Origin: a virus
Lineage: Duplodnaviria; Caudoviricetes
Virus record (IMG/VR): IMGVR_UViG_3300020044_002928
Coordinates: 1 to 34,677 of that record
Length of the DNA stretch: 34,677 nt
Reading direction: 5' to 3' (one strand)
Position numbers and translations under genes: made by a program. Numbering within the stretch: the first letter of the stretch is position 1; every line of letters starts with the position of its first letter. Below are positions 7,451 through 15,700 of the stretch, piece by piece. The notes under the pieces are model-generated. The model saw only the letters and a list, made by a program, of their open reading frames with translations, was not told the DNA's origin and did not search any database.

Positions 7451-7963
7451 ATGGAAGATAAACTAATGGACGCGCGCATCAAGGCGCTTCTTATGGCGGC
7501 CCGCACGATGGCGTTCGTCATCTGCGCAATCACCTGCGCGATGATTGTCGGACTGTTCGTATCGAATGAGATTATCGACAACAAAGACGTATTCGGCTTG
7601 CTGTCATACGTCATGACTTCGGTTGTCGGCGCTGTTGCTGGCTCCTACGCCACGCTTATGGGAATGAAGGGCGAGTTGGTTCCGCCTCCGCCAGAAGATC
7701 GCGACGATCCTGAGCCGGAGCCTGTGGCCCCTGTAGCGCCTGAACCAGATCCGCTGCCGCTCACACCTGACATGGTTGCGCCAGCACCAAAGGCATACGA
7801 CGATCCGCAAGCCACTGTATTCATCGACGAACCTGAAGACGACGATGATGACGATGATCTAGAGCCTTGGGAGAAGTACCGCAACGACCTGCGCTATGAC
7901 GCCAACGGCGACGGCGTAGTCGATGAACTTGATTTCCCTGATTGGCGGAGTGCTGGCAAATGA
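7451..7963 (+). CDS. Two-TM membrane protein (holin candidate) with Pro/Asp-rich tail and EF-hand-like loop
   Basis: Two hydrophobic helices, a PEPEP linker and a DANGDGVVDELD loop. Overlaps the endolysin start. Confidence 0.6.
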   Translation: MEDKLMDARIKALLMAARTMAFVICAITCAMIVGLFVSNEIIDNKDVFGLLSYVMTSVVGAVAGSYATLMGMKGELVPPPPEDRDDPEPEPVAPVAPEPDPLPLTPDMVAPAPKAYDDPQATVFIDEPEDDDDDDDLEPWEKYRNDLRYDANGDGVVDELDFPDWRSAGK

Positions 7964-8574
7964 GCATGATTGAACTTCAGAAGAAGATTGGCGTAACGGC
8001 TGACGGGGCTTTTGGCCCCGGCACGCTGAAGGCCGCCGCATCCTACTTCAAACTAAACAAGAACCGCGCTGCCCACTTTTTTGCTCAGTGCGCGCACGAG
8101 AGTGGCAACTTCAAGGCCTTCAGTGAGAACCTGAACTACGGTGCCAAGGGTCTGCGCGGCATCTTTGGGAAGTACTTCCCGACTGACGCGCTGGCCAAGG
8201 CATATGAGCGTCAGCCAGCCAAGATTGCTAACCGCGTCTATGCCAACCGTATGGGCAATGGCGACGAAGCGTCTGGCGAGGGTTTCGCATACAAAGGTCG
8301 AGGCCCCCTCCAATTGACGGGCAAGAACAATTACCGCGCATTCGGTAAGTACATTGGACGCGAACAGGAGATTTTGGACAATCCAGACCTTGTGGCTACC
8401 GAGCTGGGTTTTGAAAGCGCCTTGTGGTTCTTCGACGCAAACAAGCTATGGTCAATCTGCGATCAGGGCATTAATGACGCTGCCATTCTGCAGCTCACCA
8501 AGCGGATCAACGGGGGCACACACGGCCTCGAAGACCGCAAAGCTAAGACCAAGAAGTACGCTACTTGGTTGTAA
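7960..8574 (+). CDS. Endolysin, glycoside hydrolase family 19, with short N-terminal peptidoglycan-binding motif
   Basis: AHFFAQCAHESG, ENLNY, YKGRGPLQLTGKNNY and TKRINGG..GLEDR motifs. N-terminal LQKKIGVTADGAFGPGT. Confidence 0.93.
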   Translation: MSMIELQKKIGVTADGAFGPGTLKAAASYFKLNKNRAAHFFAQCAHESGNFKAFSENLNYGAKGLRGIFGKYFPTDALAKAYERQPAKIANRVYANRMGNGDEASGEGFAYKGRGPLQLTGKNNYRAFGKYIGREQEILDNPDLVATELGFESALWFFDANKLWSICDQGINDAAILQLTKRINGGTHGLEDRKAKTKKYATWL

Positions 8575-8585
8575 GGAGACAAGTT

Positions 8586-8780
8586 ATGCTTAATCTAAAG
8601 AAACTTATCCAAAAAGAAGCTGAGAAGGCAATCTCGAAGAAGGCTGTAGGCAAGATTCTGCCAATGGAAAACGCGACAAATCTAACGATGATGGCTAAGA
8701 TTATGAACGTCAAGGGCAGGTTGGCGGTGGCAATCGCTGCTGTCACAGCTTTAGTTGCGGCTGTTTTAGAATTGATGTAA
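8586..8780 (+). CDS. Small basic protein with C-terminal hydrophobic helix (possible lysis accessory)
   Basis: AAGGAG RBS before ATG 8586; C-terminal LAVAIAAVTALVAAVLELM. Confidence 0.65.
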   Translation: MLNLKKLIQKEAEKAISKKAVGKILPMENATNLTMMAKIMNVKGRLAVAIAAVTALVAAVLELM

Positions 8781-8790
8781 GGATTGTCTC

Positions 8791-9444
8791 ATGGCCACCG
8801 CGATGACGTATACCAGCTTGCTCAACGATCTCCGGAATTATCTGGAGCGTGGAGCTACGCTGGCTACCGACCCTTCGGTTTATCTGCAGCTCCCAAGTCT
8901 TGTGGGGCTTGCTGAACGTCGTCTGGCAAGAGAACTTAAGGTTCAAGGTACTGTCACTGTCGTAAACTCAACGATGACTCAGGGGCAGGCTACATACCCA
9001 AAGCCTGACCGCTGGCGTGAAACCGTCAGCATGAGGGTCGGAACCGGAGCTGGCTATAACACGACACGGGAAGTCTTTCCGCGTGCTTACGAATATATGC
9101 GCCAGTACTGGCCGAATCAGACGGTAACTGGGACGCCGAGATTCTATGCTGACTATGACTACCAGCACTGGTTCTTCGCACCCACGCCGTCTGATGATTT
9201 TCCATATGAGTTGATCTATTACGAGCTGCCGCCACTGCTGGGCGAAGACGTACAGACCAACTGGTTTACTGAGTATGCCCCGAATGCGCTGCTTTACGCA
9301 TCGCTCTTGGAGGCTGCGCCATTCCTCAAGAACGAGGAAATCATACCCATCTGGCAGGGCTTCTACGACCGTGCCATTGCTGCGCTCAACGGCGAAGATA
9401 TTCGCCAAATTGTTGACCGTGGTATCATCCGCAGGGAGGACTAA
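8791..9444 (+). CDS. Second head-tail adaptor/connector-like protein
   Basis: MTYTSL..D...YLER, AERRLAREL, GTPRFYA, APTP and LLYASLLEA.PFLKN motifs. Confidence 0.7.
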   Translation: MATAMTYTSLLNDLRNYLERGATLATDPSVYLQLPSLVGLAERRLARELKVQGTVTVVNSTMTQGQATYPKPDRWRETVSMRVGTGAGYNTTREVFPRAYEYMRQYWPNQTVTGTPRFYADYDYQHWFFAPTPSDDFPYELIYYELPPLLGEDVQTNWFTEYAPNALLYASLLEAAPFLKNEEIIPIWQGFYDRAIAALNGEDIRQIVDRGIIRRED

Positions 9445-9446
9445 TA

Positions 9447-11474
9447 GTGCCGTCGTTCACAAATACCTTTGGTGGCACAGTCGTCTATCCGGCTGATGTA
9501 AGCTATCGCGCTATCGCTCTGACAGCAAACGTCACGCTGACGTGGCCGACTGAGCTTGCAACTAACACCAACGTCGTCGCGTCCATCATGGATGTCACAC
9601 CGTCTGGTGCTGGCCTTACAATCCGTATGCCTGATGCAACGCAGGCAAGCGTCGGCCAGACCGCTCTGTTCTTCAACGTCGGCGCGTCTTCGTTCACAGT
9701 CGCTGACAACAGCGGCAATACGATCCAGACGATTGCTTCCGGTCAGGCATGGCAGATATATCTCACGGGCAATACGACTGTTAACGGTACGTGGCGTCCG
9801 ATTCAGTATGGCGCTGGCACATCCTCCGCATCTGCAAGCGCATTGGCTGGTGCTGGCCTCAAGGCGATCACCACCACGCTGAATCAGTCAGCCCCCACGA
9901 CACTACTCTCGGCTAACTACACGCTCACATCCGTTGACCGCGCTCGCGTAATCGTTTGGAATGGTGGTGCTGGTACGTTCACGATGCCGTCTGCTGCTGC
10001 GGTTGGGAATGACTGGTTCTTTGACGCACGCAACTCAGGCACGGGCGGACTCACGATTCAGCCTCCGGGTGGCGAGCTGATCAACGGACAGGCCAACTTA
10101 GTATTCAATCCCGGCGACAGCGCACGCATTATCACTGACGGGATTAACTTCTACACACTTGGCTATGGTCAGAGCGCGACGTTTGCGTTTGATTATGTGT
10201 CGATCAGCCTGACCGGCCAGCCTAGCCCGTACACGCTTTCGGGCACGAACCTGAACCGTATCGCCTATCAGTTCAGCGGCGTCTTGACCGCGAACATGCA
10301 GATCATTGTTCCGAATACTATCCAGCAATACTGGATTAGAAATAACACGACTGGCAGCTACACACTGACCGTGAAAACCGCTTCGGGCACAGGTGTCATC
10401 GTTGTTCAGAACGGAGCCTCCATCCTGTACTGCGACGGCACGAACGTCGTTCAGGCAGAGACTGCGAACCTCAGTGTGCCTGTGGCGATTGCTCAGGGTG
10501 GTACAGGTGCGACGACAGCTGGGTCTGCTCTGGTTAACTTCGGCGGCACGTCGCTCGGTATCGGCCTGTTCACGGCCACCAACGCAGCCACAGCGCGTGC
10601 GTCAATTGGCGCAGCCTCTTCTGGTGCCAACAGCGACATTACCTCGCTATCAGGCCTTACGACGCCACTGAGCGTGCCTCAGGGTGGTACTGGGCTTGCG
10701 ACTGCGCCAGCCAATGGTCGTTTGCTTATTGGTAACGGCACTAACTATACACTAGCCAACCTGACAGCAGGCGCTGGGGTTAGCATCACCAATGGCTCTG
10801 GCGCGATCACGATTGCCAGCACGGGTGTCACTGTATATCCGGGTGCCGGCATCCCTCTCAGCACGGGAACGTCGTGGGGCACGTCATATGGAACGACCGG
10901 CTCCGGCACGGATGTTGTTCTTGTTGATAGCCCCGGTCTCACTGGCATCCCAACGGCACCGACAGCAACGTCCGGAACAAGCTCCGCTCAGATTGCGACG
11001 ACCGCGTTTGTTGCAGCAGCTGCATTCTCTGCGGCGCTCCCGGGGCAAACGGGCAACGCTGGGAAGTTCATTACCACCAATGGTACGGCGGCTTCATGGG
11101 CATACGTTCCTGTCGGTGGCATTGATGCAACAGGCACCCTGACTGCAAACACATTCCTGAGTGGCGCTGGAACGTGGTCAGCTATTCCTGTGGCTGGAAT
11201 TAACGCGACCGGTTCGCTCAGCGCAAACACATTTCTGAGTGGCGCCGGCACTTGGTCTGGGATTCCGATGGCAGGGCTCTCGGCAACCGGCACGCCAAGC
11301 GGCAGCAATTATCTGCGCGGGGATGGGGTGTGGGCTGTTGTCAGCGCATCAACAATTCTTCCTTCTCAGACTGGTAATGCGGGCAAATATCTGCAAACTG
11401 ACGGTTCTAACTTGAGTTGGCAGCAAGCAGGTGGTATCTCAACGCCGAAGGCGTATTATTTCTCCAGCTTCTAA
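9447..11474 (+). CDS. Tail fibre protein
   Basis: 675 aa, GTG start with GGAGG. Multiple fibre motifs (VAIAQGGTGATTA, GANSDITSLSGLTTPLSVPQGGTG, SPGLTGIPTAPT..QIATTAFV, LPSQTGNAGKYL.TDG). Confidence 0.85.
   Translation: MPSFTNTFGGTVVYPADVSYRAIALTANVTLTWPTELATNTNVVASIMDVTPSGAGLTIRMPDATQASVGQTALFFNVGASSFTVADNSGNTIQTIASGQAWQIYLTGNTTVNGTWRPIQYGAGTSSASASALAGAGLKAITTTLNQSAPTTLLSANYTLTSVDRARVIVWNGGAGTFTMPSAAAVGNDWFFDARNSGTGGLTIQPPGGELINGQANLVFNPGDSARIITDGINFYTLGYGQSATFAFDYVSISLTGQPSPYTLSGTNLNRIAYQFSGVLTANMQIIVPNTIQQYWIRNNTTGSYTLTVKTASGTGVIVVQNGASILYCDGTNVVQAETANLSVPVAIAQGGTGATTAGSALVNFGGTSLGIGLFTATNAATARASIGAASSGANSDITSLSGLTTPLSVPQGGTGLATAPANGRLLIGNGTNYTLANLTAGAGVSITNGSGAITIASTGVTVYPGAGIPLSTGTSWGTSYGTTGSGTDVVLVDSPGLTGIPTAPTATSGTSSAQIATTAFVAAAAFSAALPGQTGNAGKFITTNGTAASWAYVPVGGIDATGTLTANTFLSGAGTWSAIPVAGINATGSLSANTFLSGAGTWSGIPMAGLSATGTPSGSNYLRGDGVWAVVSASTILPSQTGNAGKYLQTDGSNLSWQQAGGISTPKAYYFSSF
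11103..11335 (+). repeat. Three tandem ~78-bp (26-aa) coding repeats in the tail fibre
   Basis: VPVGGIDATGTLTANTFLSGAGTWS / IPVAGINATGSLSANTFLSGAGTWS / IPMAGLSATGTPSGSNYLRGDGVWA. Confidence 0.85.
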
Positions 11475-11488
11475 TAGGGATTAAGTCG

Positions 11489-11803
11489 ATGGCGACTGGC
11501 ATTTTAGGACAAGCTGCACCGGCAGCGGCAACCAATACGGTGGTTTACACCGTTCCTGCGGCGACGGTTGCGGTCGCCACGATCAGCATTGTTAATGCCG
11601 GTGCTTACCCAGCTGTTGTCAATGTGGCCGTCGCTTCAAGCGGCACACCCACTGCAAGCGAATATATCGAGTATCAGACCGTAATCGACGTTAATGGCGT
11701 ACTTGAAAGGTCTGGTATCGTGGCAAACGCGACTGAGGCATTCGTCGTTTTCTCAACCACTGCTGGCGTCAGCGTTACAATTTACGGTTACGAGGAGGTT
11801 TAA
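11489..11803 (+). CDS. Small tail-fibre-associated beta protein
   Basis: ATG 11489 (MATGILGQAAP..TNTVVYTVPA...SVTIYGYEE), 104 aa, lies between fibre genes. Confidence 0.7.
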   Translation: MATGILGQAAPAAATNTVVYTVPAATVAVATISIVNAGAYPAVVNVAVASSGTPTASEYIEYQTVIDVNGVLERSGIVANATEAFVVFSTTAGVSVTIYGYEEV

Positions 11804-11805
11804 TC

Positions 11806-14661
11806 ATGGGTCGCTCTGTCACTCCCAACACGTTCAACGAAATTCAGCCGGTAGCGAGCGCCGTTGGCTTCCTGAGCGGCGATCTTGTTTACGAAACTAC
11901 ATCGGGTATCAGCCGTATTCCTGACAACGCAGTAGCTACCGCAACATTCCCTATAAACGCAGTTGTTCCAGATTATACCTATAACAGCGCAGCTGCTGGC
12001 AACTTGAAATATGTTGAGAACGTAGGTGGCGGGCAATTCGCTCCTTCGAGTGCGCGCTTGACGAACGGTAACATTGTTGTTGCTTATGGTATTCGTAACA
12101 CCGTGACCTCAACCAATAACGATGTTTATTTCAAAATTGTTGATGTTAACGACAATGTCGTTGTTGCCCAAACTGCAGTGGCCACAGTAGCCGGTGGTGT
12201 GTACATGAACTTCGGTTCTGCTGGCGCGCTTGCGCTGCCAAATGGTGGGTTTGTTGTTGTTTTTCATGGTTTTGATGGCACGAACCGTCGGATCTCTTAT
12301 CGTGTTTACAACGCATCTGGGGTTGCGCAGACCGCGCTCATTACGGATACTTCAGTCTCTACACCGGCTACGTATTTTCAAGTTGCATTTGCCGCCCGTT
12401 CTGACAGCTCTTTTGTCGTTGCTTTTTTAAACGCATCTCTCGGCCCTGTTTATCGGGTCTACAGCGCAGCTGGCTCTACAGTATATAGTGGAACTTTTGG
12501 CGCAACTATTACTTCTATAAACGGCAATCGCCAGCTTTCGGTTGTCGTCCGCAGCGATGATTCTTATGTGCTGACCTCAGTCATTGGACAAAATAGTCAG
12601 TTTAGCTTCGCCATATTTTCCAGTACTAATACGTCTTTAAATGCTAACACAGTCTCAATCACTGCTGGAACGGCTCAGCACATTGATACAGTCTTGCTCG
12701 CTTCTGATGTTGTTGGCGTGGGCATTTACTCATCCTCTGGTTTTATTTATTACAGAAGCATTACCGGGACATCCGTGAGCGCGGAATCAACGCTGATTTC
12801 GGGTTTTACGGCAACTACGTACTCAGGTTTTGCGATGGAACCATTTTCTTCGGGATCTCGGTTTATTGTAACTTACAGTTTCATAAGCACCGTCTCAACT
12901 GGATCGGCTTATAATAACAGCTACAAAATGTCGTATGCTGTGTTCAACTCAAGCGGTGCGGTTGTAACAGCCACGCAGACCCTCAAGGGCATCACCGTTT
13001 ATACGTCAAATCAGGTTCCTGCTTTTGTAGAGGTTGGAAGCACGCTGCGTATCTATATGTCGCCGATTAGTAGTTACAATTCTCAGTCGCCAACTTTTTC
13101 ACCAAAGGGTATCTATTACGCAGTTATAAACACCACAAACTCCGCGACAGTCCCACAACAGTCTTTTAACATTACAACTGGTACCACCTCAGCACAGCCT
13201 GTAAGCGGTTATGCTCGGATAGGCTCAAACCCAAGCTCAGCGCAGTTTTTTGCATCATCAACGTCATCTGCGGTGAGCACAATTTCTCAATCCACGGGAG
13301 CCGCTTCCACACAGGTTTTAGGAAAAACTTTTCTTAATAATTTTGCAATAGGTTCAATCGCAAGCTGCTACTTAGGAAATGGAATATACGCGGTGGCCTA
13401 TATAGGTAACCCTGTAAATATTGTTAGAATTTCCATCATAAATAGCTCAGGTACTATTATTAATACTATTAACCCCGGAGATGGGATATCTGGTGGCGTC
13501 GGTTGTATTCGCATCTGCCGACTCGGTAACGGGCGGATTGTCGTAGCCTATAAGGCTTCTAACACCCAAATAGACTACCGAGTTTATTCTCCTACGTATG
13601 CGCTTCTTCTTTCAGGTTCCATTACGAATGCGCAGGATGCCAGCTCTGGTAGGTTTGGTCTTTCACCTTTGGGTTCAAGCAGCCTTGCAAATAACTATTT
13701 TATTATTTCATATATGAATAATACTCCGAGGCCAGCATATGAGATTTATGCTGACAACAGCACGACACCAGTAGCTACTGGAATTGTTGATAACTCTGGA
13801 AATGCATGGCAGACCACCGACGTTGTCGGTTTAAGGTCAGGAGACTTTTATTTTGGTGGATATGCCAATTCTTATGGTACTTATCGCATAGCTTATTATG
13901 CAAATAGTCTTGCAGGAAATACTTGGACTCTTGGCTTTTCGGGTAGTATGCCAAACACTACTGCGACTCTTTTTCCCACTGGTCAACTTACTATGGTGAC
14001 TCAGGATGATATTGCGGTTTTTGCGGCAAACGATGGTGGAACTTTTAATTATTTTCAACAAATGGCCTCCGGAAGCGTTGGCAACTTTGTTACGCAAGCT
14101 GTGACAGCCACGTTCCCAATAAATGACAACAATTCACGGTTTGGGATTTCGTGCACTAGTGAAGGGGATATGTTTTACGCTAGCTCAGTTGCTAATTCTG
14201 GTGGCTTTTATGGCGGTAGTTATCCGGTGCCGTATGGATATTCAAACGTGAATGGCGCGAGCCTTTCAGTTCTTTACCCAATTACCAACGCCGGCGGTAT
14301 TAATATTGCATCTTACTCTCCAAGTTTTAACAATTCAGCTCTTTACGCTATGGCTGATTTTAACACGGCGTTCCCGTTCGTTACAATTGTATACCCAATC
14401 AACGGTTCTACGGTTACAAACCTAACTGCTGGAGTATCGACAAGTAGTGCGATTCCGCTTACGCCAACTCGATATGTTCTAAAGGGAATTGCCGTAACCA
14501 CATGTTCTGCTGGTGGATCTGGATTGGTTCAGACATCTGGCGTTGCCCAGCTGAACACGCAGTACTCTTCGATGCCATCTCAGTCTTTTGACTTCACCAA
14601 TCAGATCATAAAGGGCGCGCGCGGCATCCTTAGTGGTCGCACCGTAACTATTGAAGGATAA
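11806..14661 (+). CDS. Large repeat-rich beta protein, putative receptor-binding/fibre tip protein
   Basis: 951 aa, GAGG RBS, recurring LxNGxxVVxY blade-like motifs, AT-rich interior. Confidence 0.65.
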   Translation: MGRSVTPNTFNEIQPVASAVGFLSGDLVYETTSGISRIPDNAVATATFPINAVVPDYTYNSAAAGNLKYVENVGGGQFAPSSARLTNGNIVVAYGIRNTVTSTNNDVYFKIVDVNDNVVVAQTAVATVAGGVYMNFGSAGALALPNGGFVVVFHGFDGTNRRISYRVYNASGVAQTALITDTSVSTPATYFQVAFAARSDSSFVVAFLNASLGPVYRVYSAAGSTVYSGTFGATITSINGNRQLSVVVRSDDSYVLTSVIGQNSQFSFAIFSSTNTSLNANTVSITAGTAQHIDTVLLASDVVGVGIYSSSGFIYYRSITGTSVSAESTLISGFTATTYSGFAMEPFSSGSRFIVTYSFISTVSTGSAYNNSYKMSYAVFNSSGAVVTATQTLKGITVYTSNQVPAFVEVGSTLRIYMSPISSYNSQSPTFSPKGIYYAVINTTNSATVPQQSFNITTGTTSAQPVSGYARIGSNPSSAQFFASSTSSAVSTISQSTGAASTQVLGKTFLNNFAIGSIASCYLGNGIYAVAYIGNPVNIVRISIINSSGTIINTINPGDGISGGVGCIRICRLGNGRIVVAYKASNTQIDYRVYSPTYALLLSGSITNAQDASSGRFGLSPLGSSSLANNYFIISYMNNTPRPAYEIYADNSTTPVATGIVDNSGNAWQTTDVVGLRSGDFYFGGYANSYGTYRIAYYANSLAGNTWTLGFSGSMPNTTATLFPTGQLTMVTQDDIAVFAANDGGTFNYFQQMASGSVGNFVTQAVTATFPINDNNSRFGISCTSEGDMFYASSVANSGGFYGGSYPVPYGYSNVNGASLSVLYPITNAGGINIASYSPSFNNSALYAMADFNTAFPFVTIVYPINGSTVTNLTAGVSTSSAIPLTPTRYVLKGIAVTTCSAGGSGLVQTSGVAQLNTQYSSMPSQSFDFTNQIIKGARGILSGRTVTIEG

Positions 14662-14666
14662 TTGAT

Positions 14667-15422
14667 ATGGGCATTCCTACTATGACAGCCCCTGTAACCA
14701 ACCCCTTCTCTGGGGTTTTTGGCAACGGGCAGATTGAGATATTCCCCACCTCTAGAACTTTCACGGTTCCGCTTGGTGTAGCAAATGTCCGTGTTCGTGT
14801 CTGGGGTGCTGGAGGCGGTGGTTCCAACGGCGGCGGCGGTGGCGCTGGCTTCGCCATGAGGGTCATTGACGTTAGCACAGTCTCTTCAGTTGCTGTCACT
14901 GTTGGCGCTACCGGAAATTCGGTCACGGGGGGTACGTCATCTTTTGGGTCTTTTGTTTCTGCAACCGGCGGTACTGGCGGAGTTAGTTCGCCGTGGCCCG
15001 GAGGTACGGGGATTGGCGGAGATGTAAACTATGTCGGAGGAGCCGGCAACCAAGGGTCCGGTGGAGCAGCAAATCTTTTTGGAAACGGCGGAAATGGGGC
15101 TACTACTAACGCCCCCGGAGGTAATGGCCCGTCCGGTGGTGGTGGTGGGAATTCATCTGCCGTACCGGGGGGTAGTGGAATTTTTTCCACTGGCGGGGGT
15201 ACAACTGCCACAAGCGGCGGAGGGTTCCCTCCCACTTCAGGAATGATTTCCCCATCGATTGACCTTATTGGCACTGGCGGAGGGGGTAGTGCCATGTATT
15301 TTAACGGGGTGAATGGCGGAGGAGGTGCCGGTAATGGTGGATATGGCGGTTTTCCCGGCGGAGGGGGAAATGCTACTGTCACTAATCATGGCGGCAACGG
15401 CCTCGTAATTGTGGAGTATTAA
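14667..15422 (+). CDS. Glycine-rich tail-associated protein
   Basis: TFTVP.GV..VRVRVWGAGGGG...GGTSSFG...ATGG...GGNGLVIVEY, the glycine-rich domain pattern common at phage fibre ends. Confidence 0.8.
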   Translation: MGIPTMTAPVTNPFSGVFGNGQIEIFPTSRTFTVPLGVANVRVRVWGAGGGGSNGGGGGAGFAMRVIDVSTVSSVAVTVGATGNSVTGGTSSFGSFVSATGGTGGVSSPWPGGTGIGGDVNYVGGAGNQGSGGAANLFGNGGNGATTNAPGGNGPSGGGGGNSSAVPGGSGIFSTGGGTTATSGGGFPPTSGMISPSIDLIGTGGGGSAMYFNGVNGGGGAGNGGYGGFPGGGGNATVTNHGGNGLVIVEY

Positions 15423-15424
15423 TC

Positions 15425-15676
15425 ATGAAAATGGCTCGTATTACCGATGGCGTTGTTGGTGACGTTATCGTCCCGCTTGAAGGCTTCTCGATTGAAGAGT
15501 GCTTTCACCCTGATGTTCTGGCCCTGTATGTCACTGTGGCTGATGACGTTCAGCCCGGCTGGATTGTGACTGAGGACGGCATTGTCGATCCGAACGCGCC
15601 TGAGCCTGAGCCTGAAGCTGAGGAAGCTCCAGTCGAAGAAGAGGCTCCTGCGGAAGAAGAGCCTGCCGCCGAATAA
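15425..15676 (+). CDS. Small acidic tail-fibre assembly/chaperone-like protein
   Basis: ARITDGVV...FHPD...VQPGW motif directly after the Gly-rich gene. Confidence 0.6.
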   Translation: MKMARITDGVVGDVIVPLEGFSIEECFHPDVLALYVTVADDVQPGWIVTEDGIVDPNAPEPEPEAEEAPVEEEAPAEEEPAAE

Positions 15677-15700
15677 CTATTGTCATAGGATCGCGCCGCG

